A stretch of DNA of 64,000 nt, taken from sequence record ON529860.1; one strand, written 5' to 3'. The notes under the pieces were generated by a model. The model made no database searches. It saw only the letters and a program-made list of their open reading frames with translations, and was not told the DNA's origin. This document shows, in pieces, positions 1 through 9,316 of this stretch; positions within the stretch are counted from its first letter, which is position 1; every line of letters starts with the position of its first letter. The position numbers were made by a program, and so were the translations under genes.

Positions 1-40
1 TCCTCGGTCGTCAGGTGCAGGTCGTGATATGAGGGCGCGG

Positions 41-343
41 TCACCGCTTGACCTCGAAGGTCGTGCCGTTGGGGCTCTGGAGGATTTCGCCGTAGAGCGG
101 CACGACGTCGAACACCTCGGTCGAGCCGTCGGCCCAGCCCTTCGCCCCGCGCAGGTCCCGCGTTTGCAGCAGGCGCAGGTGCGCTTCGCCGATGTCGAAG
201 TCGTGGAAGATCGTGCCGTGGTGGGGCGCTCGGGTCCAAGTCGACGGCGTCATGTAATAACGGACCTGGACGGCGCCGTCGGGCGCAGTCTTGGTCGAGC
301 GCAGGACGTAGCAGTTCTCTTCCAGCAGGGTGATCTTGCTCAC
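41..343 (-). CDS. hypothetical phage protein (100 aa)
   Basis: ORF in co-directional run, overlaps neighbour; no motif recognised. Confidence 0.7.
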   Translation of the reverse strand: MSKITLLEENCYVLRSTKTAPDGAVQVRYYMTPSTWTRAPHHGTIFHDFDIGEAHLRLLQTRDLRGAKGWADGSTEVFDVVPLYGEILQSPNGTTFEVKR

Positions 344-651
344 AGTCCGGCCGCCTGGCGCGCCGCCTTGATGTCGCCGATGCGCACCGAGACCTGATTG
401 AGCATGACCCGGTCATTGTCCTTCAGCCCGTGCCAATCCCCGTCGCTCGGCCCGCCGTAATACCCGGCAGCGGTCTTGGCGACCTGATCCAAGGCGCCAA
501 GACGCACGAACGCCGCGCTCAACAGATCACGGGCGTGCCCGCCTAGTCCGTGCGGCACCAGGGCGTCGGCCTCGTCCAGGGCCAGTACGGCGCCGATGCT
601 GCCCAGGAGGTTGGCGTTGTCGCCCCGGAAGGTGTCGGTGATTTCGGTCAT
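340..651 (-). CDS. hypothetical phage protein (103 aa)
   Basis: ORF in packed minus-strand run. Confidence 0.7.
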   Translation of the reverse strand: MTEITDTFRGDNANLLGSIGAVLALDEADALVPHGLGGHARDLLSAAFVRLGALDQVAKTAAGYYGGPSDGDWHGLKDNDRVMLNQVSVRIGDIKAARQAAGL

Positions 652-654
652 GGC

Positions 655-1092
655 TTATCCAATACGGAAGACGATGCGTTCGACGCCGAGCGCCCGCATC
701 TGGTGAAGGTCAGAGAAGTAGGCCTCGCCCAGGTGTTCGCGCACCGACATGGACACGCCGGCGTCAGGCGGCCGCTGATTGACGAAGGTCTGATCGTAGT
801 CGAACGCCAGCATCTCCTCCAGCGTCAGCCAGGACTTGACCCCGTCCCCGAGATCGTAGGCGTCGGCCCAGGCGGTCCAGCGGGCGAACCCGCCCATCTC
901 GTAGGGCGGTTCGTCGGGCCAGTCGGCGGGCAGGTGCCGGGGTTCTGCGATGCTGGGCGCGGCCGCGTAGTTGCGTTGGTTCGCCAGGACGCCGAAGATG
1001 TCATAGGCGCCCCATTCCGGATCGAACGCGATCGGCTCCCAGACCCCGGCGCCGTTACGGCGTTGTGCGACCAGTTTGAGAGAGGCGCTCAC
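655..1092 (-). CDS. hypothetical phage protein (145 aa)
   Basis: GTG start overlapping upstream stop; globular-looking sequence (YDIFGVLANQRNY). Confidence 0.75.
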   Translation of the reverse strand: MSASLKLVAQRRNGAGVWEPIAFDPEWGAYDIFGVLANQRNYAAAPSIAEPRHLPADWPDEPPYEMGGFARWTAWADAYDLGDGVKSWLTLEEMLAFDYDQTFVNQRPPDAGVSMSVREHLGEAYFSDLHQMRALGVERIVFRIG

Positions 1093-1412
1093 GACACCAT
1101 ATCCGCAAGCACCGTCTGCGCTTTCCTGTATTCGATCTCCAGGAGCCCGGCGATGTGGGCCTCAGGATCGTATTGAAGGGCGAAGTCCGGGTGGAACCAG
1201 AACCGGGCATGGTTGGAAATCCCGTCCGGCTCGCGGTAGGTCCAGAGCCCGCCATGGCCCTGCATCAGTCCTTCCGACAGGCTGTAGCCGGGGCGCCGCG
1301 TGATGCCGTCGAAATGCCCGCCGTCGATGTAGCCGGGTGTCGCCGCCCCGCCGAACGCCGCGTAGATGGCCTGGAACATGAGACGTTCCTTTTCCGTGGC
1401 GTAGCGGATCAT
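1089..1412 (-). CDS. hypothetical phage protein
   Basis: start moved to ATG of MIRYATEK (ATGA overlap). Confidence 0.7.
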   Translation of the reverse strand: MIRYATEKERLMFQAIYAAFGGAATPGYIDGGHFDGITRRPGYSLSEGLMQGHGGLWTYREPDGISNHARFWFHPDFALQYDPEAHIAGLLEIEYRKAQTVLADMVS

Positions 1413-1696
1413 GCGGCGGCCTCCCGCGCCAGGAACCGCCGCCTCGCCTCGCGCGCCTTCATCCCGCACTCGGTCGTGATGGAGCCGAACGGCTCACCGA
1501 CGCCCTCCAGGCAGGCGTCCTCGTCGTTGGCGTAGCGCGCCAGCGCTTCATCGACCAGGGCCAGTTCGGCCTCCAGAGCCGCGATATGTTGGGCGGCGTC
1601 CTTGACCACGGCCGGTCCGCGCCAGTTATCGCAGCCCAGCTTGCCCGACTTGTCGAGGAAGTAGGCGGCGCGGGGTTTGATCAGATCAGGACCCAT
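1409..1696 (-). CDS. hypothetical phage protein
   Basis: start moved to MGPDLIKP. Confidence 0.65.
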   Translation of the reverse strand: MGPDLIKPRAAYFLDKSGKLGCDNWRGPAVVKDAAQHIAALEAELALVDEALARYANDEDACLEGVGEPFGSITTECGMKAREARRRFLAREAAA

Positions 1697-2393
1697 AGTC
1701 GTCCCCCAGCTTGATTTCCAGGTTGGCGTACAGGTCCTCGGCGGCGGCCTTGAACCATTCATGTCCGGGCCGGAAGGCGTTGAAGTCGATCTCCGACCCG
1801 GTCTCGCGAGGCTGTAGCGCGGCGTTGTGCCAGTTGTTCGGATCGATGCCGGCCTTGCGCGCCAGGGCGAAAGAGATTTGCCGGATGGCGCCGGGGCGTT
1901 TGACCATGGAGCCGTGCTCCAGCGCCGACACCATCACCTCGACCAGATCGACCAGAGCCATGACCACCGAAGGATCGGCCTCGGCGGCGAAGGCGTTCTC
2001 TTCATGCCCGTCGAAGTTGGCGATCCAGTCACCGTTCTTGTCGGCCAGATAGCCTGCCTCGTTCCCATAGAGCGTGCGGGTGCGTTCGGTATGCTGCCAA
2101 GGGGTCGGCGACAGTTCCTGGGCGTCCTGGGCGGCCGCCCGCAAGCGACGCAGGCGCGCCCGGTCGATCACGGTGTCGTCGGGTTTGTCCGCTGCGGGCG
2201 CGTAGCCGACCTGACGGGCGGCCGCCGGCCCCAGCACCAGGGCGTAGTGGCGCGCACAGACATAGGCCGTCAGATTGTGCCGGGAGGGGTGGGGGTCGTC
2301 GTGCTGGATTTCCTCGCCGATCTTGGCGACGGCGGGCGCGCCGCAGCGGCAGGTCTCGCCCTCGCAGGTGCTGGAGATGAAGGGCGCGCTCAC
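1686..2393 (-). CDS. hypothetical protein with N-terminal Cys/His cluster
   Basis: start moved to GTG of MSAPFISS; CEGETCRCG...YVCARH possible metal site. Confidence 0.7.
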   Translation of the reverse strand: MSAPFISSTCEGETCRCGAPAVAKIGEEIQHDDPHPSRHNLTAYVCARHYALVLGPAAARQVGYAPAADKPDDTVIDRARLRRLRAAAQDAQELSPTPWQHTERTRTLYGNEAGYLADKNGDWIANFDGHEENAFAAEADPSVVMALVDLVEVMVSALEHGSMVKRPGAIRQISFALARKAGIDPNNWHNAALQPRETGSEIDFNAFRPGHEWFKAAAEDLYANLEIKLGDDYGS

Positions 2394-2929
2394 AGTTCCA
2401 GCCCCGCGTCGAACAGCACCGTCTTCGCGCGCTCGATTTCGGGCGCGTCTTCCTGGCCCTCGGCCAGCATGCCTTCGCCGACCGCCCAGTCCATCGTCGG
2501 GTAGATGCTTTCCCACGCGGCGCCCCAGTCGTCGCCTTCGCCGGCGGCGCGCGCCATCTCCATGGCCCACTGCGCCATCGGCAGGACGCCTTGCAGGGCC
2601 AGGGCGGCTTCACTCGGCGCGGGTACGCCTTTGCTCCAGCCTTCCAGCGCCAGGGCGTTGTCGCGCACGCGTTCGATCAGGGTAGTGTAGGTCGAGGCGA
2701 GCGCACCCGTCTCCTCGGCGTCGAAGCCTTGCAGGAAGACGTGCAGGTCGCACAGGTCGTTGTAGGTGTCTCGGACGCACTCCGCCTGCACCGCGATGAC
2801 GGCGCGTGCGCGCTCCAGCGACAGGTCGGTCGTGATGCCCAGGAACTTCGCCTTCTCGGCGCCCTCGGCGTCGAGGATTTCCCAAGCGCGCGGGTCGATG
2901 ATGCGGGCGATCCGTTCGGTCGGGGTCAT
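2390..2929 (-). CDS. hypothetical phage protein
   Basis: start moved to MTPTERIA (ATGA overlap). Confidence 0.7.
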   Translation of the reverse strand: MTPTERIARIIDPRAWEILDAEGAEKAKFLGITTDLSLERARAVIAVQAECVRDTYNDLCDLHVFLQGFDAEETGALASTYTTLIERVRDNALALEGWSKGVPAPSEAALALQGVLPMAQWAMEMARAAGEGDDWGAAWESIYPTMDWAVGEGMLAEGQEDAPEIERAKTVLFDAGLEL

Positions 2930-3348
2930 GGCTGCGCGGCCTTCGTGATGTCGTTGCTGCTGGTGGCGTGGAGACGCGGCGCCAGGACGTCTTTGATGGC
3001 GTCGTGAATGATGTAGCGGCTTGCTTCGTTGAAACCCGTGCTGTCCCCATAACAATGGGTCTGGTTGGCGCAGACCCGGATTCCCCATGCGCCGCTCGGC
3101 CACCAGATCGCCAGAGAACCGTCGAGCCGGGTGGCGGTGTGGGAGGTGATGGCCCAGCGTTCAGGGCGTTCACGGATGTCGCGGGCGACCGCCACGGCGG
3201 CGGGGTCAGGCTTAAGCCAGAAGGGGTAGATCAGGCCCTGGTTCGAGGCGAAAAGGGCGAGACCCGCCACCATCCCGACCAGACAAAGGAGGGCGAAGGC
3301 CCCCGCGAGGGGCGTTCCCGGCGTGCGGGAAGTCTGGTCCGGCTTCAT
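2926..3348 (-). CDS. membrane-anchored hypothetical protein
   Basis: hydrophobic N-terminal segment LAGAFALLCLVGMVAGLALFA. Confidence 0.7.
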   Translation of the reverse strand: MKPDQTSRTPGTPLAGAFALLCLVGMVAGLALFASNQGLIYPFWLKPDPAAVAVARDIRERPERWAITSHTATRLDGSLAIWWPSGAWGIRVCANQTHCYGDSTGFNEASRYIIHDAIKDVLAPRLHATSSNDITKAAQP

Positions 3349-3623
3349 GCGGCGTCCTGACGAATCATGGCGGCGGCGCGCCGATAGATGGTGTCGTGCG
3401 GCGCGCCTTCATGCGCGGTGCGGTCGATGGTGTCGGCGATGTAGTCGAGGATGGCAGCGACGGCGTGGCGCTCTTCAGGGGCGTCATGGTCGTTCGCCAG
3501 AAGCGGCAGCGCGCGGCGGTAGACGTTGGTGGCGCGATAACGCACGTCCATCTGGAGGGCCTTGAAGATGAAGACTTCGGCGATGTCGCCGCAGCGCTGC
3601 GGCGTCACATAGACTGGCGTCAC
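3345..3623 (-). CDS. hypothetical phage protein (92 aa)
   Basis: packed ORF with overlaps on both sides. Confidence 0.7.
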   Translation of the reverse strand: MTPVYVTPQRCGDIAEVFIFKALQMDVRYRATNVYRRALPLLANDHDAPEERHAVAAILDYIADTIDRTAHEGAPHDTIYRRAAAMIRQDAA

Positions 3624-3997
3624 CGCTGCATATCCTCAAAGGCGCCGAGACGGCAGCCCGCATGGAAGACCGATCCGTTACGGGTCCGCGCCATGTTGGG
3701 CGTCAGGCTTTCAGAGCCAGACATCAGGTACTCGCAACCCGTTTCGGGCTGGGTGACGATGTAGAAGGTGTCCGCGTGCCCCGCCGGATACCGGACGGTG
3801 AAGGTCCGAACGGCGCCAGGCGCGGGCGCCGTCGTAACGGTGCGGCCCAAGGGTTCAGGCTTGGCTTCCGCCGCTGCGGGCGCAGGCCTGCACCCCTCCA
3901 GGGCCACGCCCGCGCCGAGCAAGGCCGCCAACATCAACACGCTCACGGCGCGGCGGCCGAAGAAGAAGGCGCTCAAGGCGTCAACCGGATCACGCAT
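3620..3997 (-). CDS. exported/lipoprotein-like small protein (DUF6440-like C-terminus)
   Basis: hydrophobic signal ending LEGC, Pro/Ala linker, YIVTQPETGCEYL motif. Confidence 0.65.
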   Translation of the reverse strand: MRDPVDALSAFFFGRRAVSVLMLAALLGAGVALEGCRPAPAAAEAKPEPLGRTVTTAPAPGAVRTFTVRYPAGHADTFYIVTQPETGCEYLMSGSESLTPNMARTRNGSVFHAGCRLGAFEDMQR

Positions 3998-4193
3998 GGC
4001 GGCGCCTCCCCAGGTAGTGGAAGAACAATCCCACGGCGACAGCGGTCAAGCCCGCCGTCACCTGGGTCTCGATGGTCAGGGCGTGTGTCACACCGAACAG
4101 CGGCAGCCCGGCGTAGACGGCCGCCACCCCTGAAACAGCCACGAAGAAGAGGGCCGCAGCGAGCGACAGCCCGGCGAAGACGCGGTCGACCAT
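3990..4193 (-). CDS. small two-TM membrane protein
   Basis: start moved to MVDRVFAG; two hydrophobic stretches. Confidence 0.65.
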   Translation of the reverse strand: MVDRVFAGLSLAAALFFVAVSGVAAVYAGLPLFGVTHALTIETQVTAGLTAVAVGLFFHYLGRRRHA

Positions 4194-4387
4194 CAGCGCT
4201 TGCCGAAGTCCACCGAGATGACGCGACCGGAAACCCCCGTCACCTGGGGATGGCGCTCGCGCATGGCGGCCTTCTGCCGCGCCGCGATGGTCTCGTGGAC
4301 CTTGTCGATGGCGCGGGCGGCCTTGGACGCCGGCCGCAGCAGCGCCCCCAGGGTGTATTCCAGATCGGGTTCGAAGGTGTTGCCCAT
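4193..4387 (-). CDS. hypothetical protein (64 aa)
   Basis: stop/start overlaps on both sides. Confidence 0.65.
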   Translation of the reverse strand: MGNTFEPDLEYTLGALLRPASKAARAIDKVHETIAARQKAAMRERHPQVTGVSGRVISVDFGKR

Positions 4388-5073
4388 CAGTCTGCGCTCC
4401 TCGCCAGTTCAGCGGCCTCGGCCTCTGCAAATTCCGTTTCGTCGAACCGATCGCGCAGATAGGTCCGCATTTCCTCACCGACCCGCGACAGGCGCACGCC
4501 TTCCGGGGTCATCGGATCGGCGATCACGAACCCCTTCATCTGAAGGTATTTCAGCGTGCGATCGTAACTCATCTCCGGTCGGCTCGACTGCTCGATCGCC
4601 TTGGCAAGGCCGACCTCCGGCATCAAGCGGATGACCTGCCGGACCTCCAGCCCGAGCATGACCGCGCGGCCGTACATCAGCGAATCTTCATCCCGGACGC
4701 GCGCGGCCTCGGCGACGGCGTCAGAGGAGCCGCGCATGTTCATTTCGGCCAGAGAGCGCAACATGGCGCAGGCGAGGGTATTGGACTGTTCGGCGGCCTC
4801 GACCTGTTCGGGGAGAATTCGATACGCCGACCAGACTTCCATACCGAAGTGGACGTAGTCGCGTCCGCTGTCCGGGTCGATCGTGCCGTCAGAGTTCAAG
4901 CCGGCCGATCCCTGGATGCGGAACCGCGCCGTCTGCATGAGCGCGCGCCACAGGCGCGCATCCTCCAACGCCGCCAGGACCGTCTCCAGTGCGGCGTAGG
5001 GCGGGTTCCCCGAGTTTTCCACGACCGTGCGCAGTTCGGCTTCGGCGGCGTTCAGGTCGATGGCTTGGGTCAT
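4387..5073 (-). CDS. hypothetical protein, possible C-terminal winged helix
   Basis: first gene after promoter 5104-5129, SD GGAGG; LKYLQMKGFV...VRLSRVG resembles a wHTH wing. Confidence 0.75.
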   Translation of the reverse strand: MTQAIDLNAAEAELRTVVENSGNPPYAALETVLAALEDARLWRALMQTARFRIQGSAGLNSDGTIDPDSGRDYVHFGMEVWSAYRILPEQVEAAEQSNTLACAMLRSLAEMNMRGSSDAVAEAARVRDEDSLMYGRAVMLGLEVRQVIRLMPEVGLAKAIEQSSRPEMSYDRTLKYLQMKGFVIADPMTPEGVRLSRVGEEMRTYLRDRFDETEFAEAEAAELARSAD

Positions 5074-5525
5074 GGGTCCTCCGTGGCGTCGTCACCAGCA
5101 CGCGTAAAGGAACGTCCAGCGACTGTCAACAGTGCTGACATTCGGCGCCGCCGGTTTTTTAGGCGCGTCTCGACCAACTGGCGAAGCCTGTCGGGGTCAG
5201 CGGTGAAGGCGCGCTTCATCGCCCATTTCTCCTCCAAGGGTTTTGAGCCGGCCTCGGAATTGCAGATGGCGTGGGAGACGACGACGTTTTCCGGCAGGTA
5301 GCCGTCGGGGTGGTCCCGTCCCAGCAGGTGCTCGATCGTGCAGATCAACGCACCGCTGCCGAAGGGCCTGGCGCAGAACCAGCAGACGTCGCCGTCGCGG
5401 GCTCGGGCGTTCTCTCTCAGGAAGACGCGATACTCGTCGCGATGCTGGCGCGGGTCCTTGTCGGACCAGACCCTCATCCCGAGGTGATAGACACGGCGCC
5501 ACGATAGGGGCGTGGGCAGGGTCAT
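5070..5525 (-). CDS. HNH endonuclease-family protein
   Basis: CWFC...TIEHLL...ENVVVSHAICNSEAG (CxxC plus H-N-H/N pattern); start moved to MTLPTP. Confidence 0.75.
   Translation of the reverse strand: MTLPTPLSWRRVYHLGMRVWSDKDPRQHRDEYRVFLRENARARDGDVCWFCARPFGSGALICTIEHLLGRDHPDGYLPENVVVSHAICNSEAGSKPLEEKWAMKRAFTADPDRLRQLVETRLKNRRRRMSALLTVAGRSFTRAGDDATEDP
5104..5129 (-). promoter_or_regulatory. conserved phage promoter copy 1
   Basis: plus strand GTAAAGGAACGTCCAGCGACTGTCAA. Confidence 0.8.
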
Positions 5526-5863
5526 GCGTGAGGCCGGCGCGCCTTGATACGGGCGATGATGTCGGCCATGACGGCCTCGTCGTCGACGCCGTGCTTGTCC
5601 TTGAGGGCGTTCATGCGTCGGCGTGCTTTCCACTCAGGTTCGCCGCGCCGCCCCACTTTCGACCGGCGGCGGAAAGTCGGGCTGAACATGAACAGGCCGA
5701 AGAACACCACCGCCGCCAGGATCAGAGGGAGCCACAGGAAGGTCACGGCCAGCAGGCACAGGAACTGGTCCTTCAGGCCCATCATGTGGACCCGGAACCA
5801 ACTCAAGAGCGCCAGGACCAGGCCGATGCCGATATAGGCGCCGGTGATGTCGTTCCAGGTCAT
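5522..5863 (-). CDS. two-TM membrane protein
   Basis: two hydrophobic helices then a basic tail. Confidence 0.7.
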   Translation of the reverse strand: MTWNDITGAYIGIGLVLALLSWFRVHMMGLKDQFLCLLAVTFLWLPLILAAVVFFGLFMFSPTFRRRSKVGRRGEPEWKARRRMNALKDKHGVDDEAVMADIIARIKARRPHA

Positions 5864-6435
5864 AGGCCCTCCTTGGCGATGCGGTTCTCCAGAAGCTGGA
5901 GCAGGTAGAGGTAGGCGTCGAAGTCCGTCAGGACCGGTTGGGTCGGCGTCCCATCGATCTTGACGAAGACCCAGTCAGGATCGCCTTCGGCGTCAAAGGG
6001 TCGGTTGTCGCGCTGATAGATCATGACGTGCAGGGCGTGGTGAACCTTCTCCACCAGCTTGCGCGCGTCCATCCGTGTCAGACTGGCGTAGCTGAAGCGG
6101 ACGTTCGCCTTGTGCGCGTCGCCCATGCCTTTCGGGTAGCCGAAATTCGTCCCCCAAGGCAGGGTCAGCTTGATCAGGTAAAAGAGGTAGCGAAGCGCCA
6201 CCAGGCGCCCGCCAAGCATCTCGTCCCCGCGCAATACGAGAACGGTTGTCCAGATATGCTCGCCGTATTGATGGCGCGCCGCCTCGTCGTATTCGGGCGC
6301 CAGGGAATGCGGGTCGCGGTGGGCTTGCACGCCCTGGCGCAGCGCCGCCAGCAGTTGCGCACGGCTCATCGCCTTCAGATCGTCGACTTGGTAGGCGAGG
6401 ACGTGTCTCTGCCAGGGTTCGCGGCGGTAACTCAA
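5860..6435 (-). CDS. hypothetical phage protein
   Basis: start moved to TTG overlapping upstream TGA. Confidence 0.65.
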   Translation of the reverse strand: MSYRREPWQRHVLAYQVDDLKAMSRAQLLAALRQGVQAHRDPHSLAPEYDEAARHQYGEHIWTTVLVLRGDEMLGGRLVALRYLFYLIKLTLPWGTNFGYPKGMGDAHKANVRFSYASLTRMDARKLVEKVHHALHVMIYQRDNRPFDAEGDPDWVFVKIDGTPTQPVLTDFDAYLYLLQLLENRIAKEGL

Positions 6436-6623
6436 AGCGTGGAACTCCCGTCTTCGTCCAGATTGTGCCACCACTCGCCGATCGTGCTGCGGCTCAGCGC
6501 TTCGATCATTTCGGCGGTCAGGGTGCACCCGGTGCCGCGTTCGCTGGCGCGCTTCATGCGGCGCAGGGCGTCGCCCTGGAGCCGCTGCACCCGATCGTTC
6601 TCCGCTCGCCAGTCCTCCACCAT
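6432..6623 (-). CDS. hypothetical protein (63 aa)
   Basis: start moved to MVEDWRAE. Confidence 0.6.
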   Translation of the reverse strand: MVEDWRAENDRVQRLQGDALRRMKRASERGTGCTLTAEMIEALSRSTIGEWWHNLDEDGSSTL

Positions 6624-7420
6624 CACCAGTAGGCCGTGACGCTGCGATGGTCGGGGAAGGTGGCGTTGAGCCAGGCCAGGGCCTCGGCCTTCAGCGGCGC
6701 TTCGGCGATCTCGTGGTCGCGGTAGGCCATGGGCTCGCACTGGTAGGTGCCGGTCTCGAACACGAAGACGTCGCAGGCGCGATCCTTGACCCCGAAGCCC
6801 TTGGCGAAGGCCTGAGGCTGCGGCTGCTGATCATCCGGCAACGGCACCTCGACCTCGCGCATCTCGTAACGCGGACCGGGCTCGTAACGCTCGCCGTAGT
6901 AGCCGTCCACGTCAGGGAAGAAGAGGCCGCGCGCCTGGACCCACTCGGGATCATAGGAGTCGGCATGCCGCGCGCGCGCCTCGTCCTTGACACGGACCTT
7001 GCGCATGACCTTCTGGGTCAAGGTTTCGGGGCGATGCAGGCGCCACCAATTCTCGGGGCGCACGTCATCGATCGCGTAGCGGGTCAGGAAGTAGAAGCTG
7101 GCGAAGCGGTCATGCCAGGAGCCCTTGTAGCCCAGTTGACCCCGGACGCGTCCCTGAGCGTCCACGGCGTGCGAATACATATAGTGGTCGGTCGACACCA
7201 GGCCCCAGCCGGCCGGGGCCGTCACGGCGGTGAACAGGTCATCGACCGCCTCGCCGATGATGAACCCCAGGGTCTCAAGGTCGACGCGGTTCTCCGCGAC
7301 CGCGACGAACTCGGTCGGCAGGCGATTCAGGTCGCGCGGCTTGGTCGCGCGGGTCACCGTGTCCGGACCCGACAGCAGGGTGGTCAGGGCTTCTTCCTGG
7401 ATGCTCATCTGGGTCGACAT
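6623..7420 (-). CDS. hypothetical phage protein (265 aa)
   Basis: SD GAGGAGG, directly downstream of promoter 7451-7476. Confidence 0.8.
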   Translation of the reverse strand: MSTQMSIQEEALTTLLSGPDTVTRATKPRDLNRLPTEFVAVAENRVDLETLGFIIGEAVDDLFTAVTAPAGWGLVSTDHYMYSHAVDAQGRVRGQLGYKGSWHDRFASFYFLTRYAIDDVRPENWWRLHRPETLTQKVMRKVRVKDEARARHADSYDPEWVQARGLFFPDVDGYYGERYEPGPRYEMREVEVPLPDDQQPQPQAFAKGFGVKDRACDVFVFETGTYQCEPMAYRDHEIAEAPLKAEALAWLNATFPDHRSVTAYW

Positions 7421-7440
7421 CGGGTCCTCCTCGGCGGTGA

Positions 7441-7770
7441 TCAGAGGCGTGTAAAGGAATGTTTTGCGGCGGTCAAGCCGTAATCGTTGGAGGCCTGCAC
7501 GCGATCGGCGTATTTGAGCCCCGTGTTGAGCAGGGCTTCCAGATGATAGGCCTGGCCCTGGGCCAAACCGCGCCGCACCACGTATTCGTTTCGTCGGGGA
7601 CGGCCTTTCGATTCGTCATGGGCGTAGGCGACACCGTCGAGCAACACAACGGCGTAGCTGTACCAGGGGTGGACGCGCCGCCGGCGCTCGACGTAGGCCT
7701 GCAAGCTGGCGCCAAGCACCAGCAGCAGCAGGACGCCGTAGCCGGCGTTGAGCAGGGCATGGCCCGTCAC
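7441..7770 (-). CDS. membrane-anchored hypothetical protein
   Basis: N-terminal TM helix; GTGA overlap. Confidence 0.65.
   Translation of the reverse strand: MTGHALLNAGYGVLLLLVLGASLQAYVERRRRVHPWYSYAVVLLDGVAYAHDESKGRPRRNEYVVRRGLAQGQAYHLEALLNTGLKYADRVQASNDYGLTAAKHSFTRL
7451..7476 (-). promoter_or_regulatory. conserved phage promoter copy 2
   Basis: GTAAAGGAATGTTTTGCGGCGGTCAA. Confidence 0.8.
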
Positions 7771-8510
7771 AAGTAGCGCGCCCCGGCGTTCATCCGGCGT
7801 TCGGCGGCCTCGGCGCGATCGAACCAGGGCTCGGCCATCAGTTCGCCCGTCTCACCCGGATAGGCGCTGGACAGGTCCAGCCCCGCCGCGCGGCAGGCGC
7901 GGACATAGTCCTCCAGGGCGATCGGACCGGTGCTGTAGTCGCTGCGCGGCCGACGACCCGCCAAGGCGAGCCGGGCGTGATAGTGGGCTTGCTGGAACAG
8001 CGGAGTATTCTCGCGTTCGTGCAGCACCAGTTCAGTGGCGGTGAGGCCGCCCAGGAACAAGGCTTGGAGAATGCGGCCGCGCGCGCCCTCGATCGTCAGG
8101 CCGCCGAGGAAGTCGCCCAGAATGGTGCCGGCTTGGTTGGCGCCGATGCACAAAAAGGGGCCGCCCTCTTCCGCATCCCAGGTGACGTTGGCGAAGGGCT
8201 TGCCTTCCCATTCCTCGGGCCAGTTTTCAGGCGTCTCCGCCAGGGGCGCCTCGATCTGCGTGATCTGGGCCAAGGCGTCGTCGACGGCGCTCTGTCGGGC
8301 GATCAGCGGCCCCTCGACCGATTCCACCCGGCGCTGCTCGTCCAGCATGCCGTCGAACGGGTCCGCCGCCAGGGTTGTGAGGCCCAGCGCGGTCATGATC
8401 TTCTGAGCGGCCTCGCCCCGCACGCGGTCGGGGTCCTCGGCCGGCTGGGCGTAGGGGCAGAACAGGCGCAGAGCCTGCTTCAGGTCAGCGGTCGGCACGG
8501 TCGTGTCCAT
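7767..8510 (-). CDS. hypothetical phage protein
   Basis: start moved to MDTTVP (SD GGAGG, after promoter 8536-8561). Confidence 0.75.
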   Translation of the reverse strand: MDTTVPTADLKQALRLFCPYAQPAEDPDRVRGEAAQKIMTALGLTTLAADPFDGMLDEQRRVESVEGPLIARQSAVDDALAQITQIEAPLAETPENWPEEWEGKPFANVTWDAEEGGPFLCIGANQAGTILGDFLGGLTIEGARGRILQALFLGGLTATELVLHERENTPLFQQAHYHARLALAGRRPRSDYSTGPIALEDYVRACRAAGLDLSSAYPGETGELMAEPWFDRAEAAERRMNAGARYL

Positions 8511-8535
8511 CAGGTCCTCCATCGTTGAACCCGCC

Positions 8536-8561
8536 GTAAAGGAATGAGATGCGGATGTCAA
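8536..8561 (-). promoter_or_regulatory. conserved phage promoter copy 3
   Basis: GTAAAGGAATGAGATGCGGATGTCAA. Confidence 0.8.
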
Positions 8562-8602
8562 CCGGCTCGACATTTGTGTCGATAAGTGTCAGGTAAATCG
8601 AC

Positions 8603-9139
8603 ATGACCCAGTTGCGCCGCTACCACGTCGATCAGATCGAAATCACCGACCACCGGGAAGCGCGGCTTCCGCAGTCGGATGAATGGGCCTTCCCGATCCT
8701 CATCAACCACTCCAGAGAGATGGACACGGCCTACCTCCTGGGGGTCTGGCGCGCCAGCGTGCGGCTGGATGATCGACCGGGGCAGTCGGCTCCGCACGAC
8801 CCGGCGGCGGTCGCGGCGGCCCTGGAGACCTGGGCGGTGTCCTGGAACGGACGGAATTTCCAGAAACGGTTGAACGCCGTCCCCTTCGACGACGACCTGA
8901 AAACGACGCCAGGCCTGGAGCGGTTGGCGATCACCCTGTTCATCCAGGATCGAGAGTTCGACGGTCCCTACGAGGCCAGCGAAACCGAGGAAGGGAGCGA
9001 GATTTATCGCGCGGCCGACCCGAACGCCGTCACCCTGGTGACGGTGAACTATCTGGAGGACGAGAGCCTGGAGGACCATCAGGCGCGCGTGGCGGAGGTC
9101 GTGCGCGGCATGACCTGGGCGCTGCAAAACCCCGCGTGA
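8603..9139 (+). CDS. acidic hypothetical protein (178 aa)
   Basis: only long plausible ORF in the gap; divergent from the minus-strand block. Confidence 0.7.
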   Translation: MTQLRRYHVDQIEITDHREARLPQSDEWAFPILINHSREMDTAYLLGVWRASVRLDDRPGQSAPHDPAAVAAALETWAVSWNGRNFQKRLNAVPFDDDLKTTPGLERLAITLFIQDREFDGPYEASETEEGSEIYRAADPNAVTLVTVNYLEDESLEDHQARVAEVVRGMTWALQNPA

Positions 9140-9199
9140 TGTCTGGTATAACGCTGGGTTGTAAACCGTCAGGAAAACTGACAGTTACTGCGCGGAATC

Positions 9200-9228
9200 T
9201 TGACTTTTAGCCCCTGAAATGGTAACGG
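9200..9228 (+). promoter_or_regulatory. candidate sigma70-type promoter upstream of fibre island
   Basis: TTGACT-N17-TAACGG; a TG-extended TATAAC also at 9144-9152. Confidence 0.4.
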
Positions 9229-9282
9229 TCAAGGCTTGTTCCCTGCCAAAGGGTCCTTGCCTTCCGCCACCTTTCATGGGAG

Positions 9283-9314
9283 CGGCCGGGCCTTTGAGGC
9301 TGCGGCCGTTTTTT
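9283..9314 (+). terminator. intrinsic terminator-like hairpin
   Basis: CGGCCG-GGCCT/TTG/AGGCT-g-CGGCCG followed by six T. Confidence 0.6.
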
Positions 9315-9316
9315 AA

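Noticed and set aside
5070-5525. HNH as a mobile intron/homing element
   Set aside because: It sits in a normal overlapping gene run with no interrupted host gene or intron structure; kept as a plain CDS
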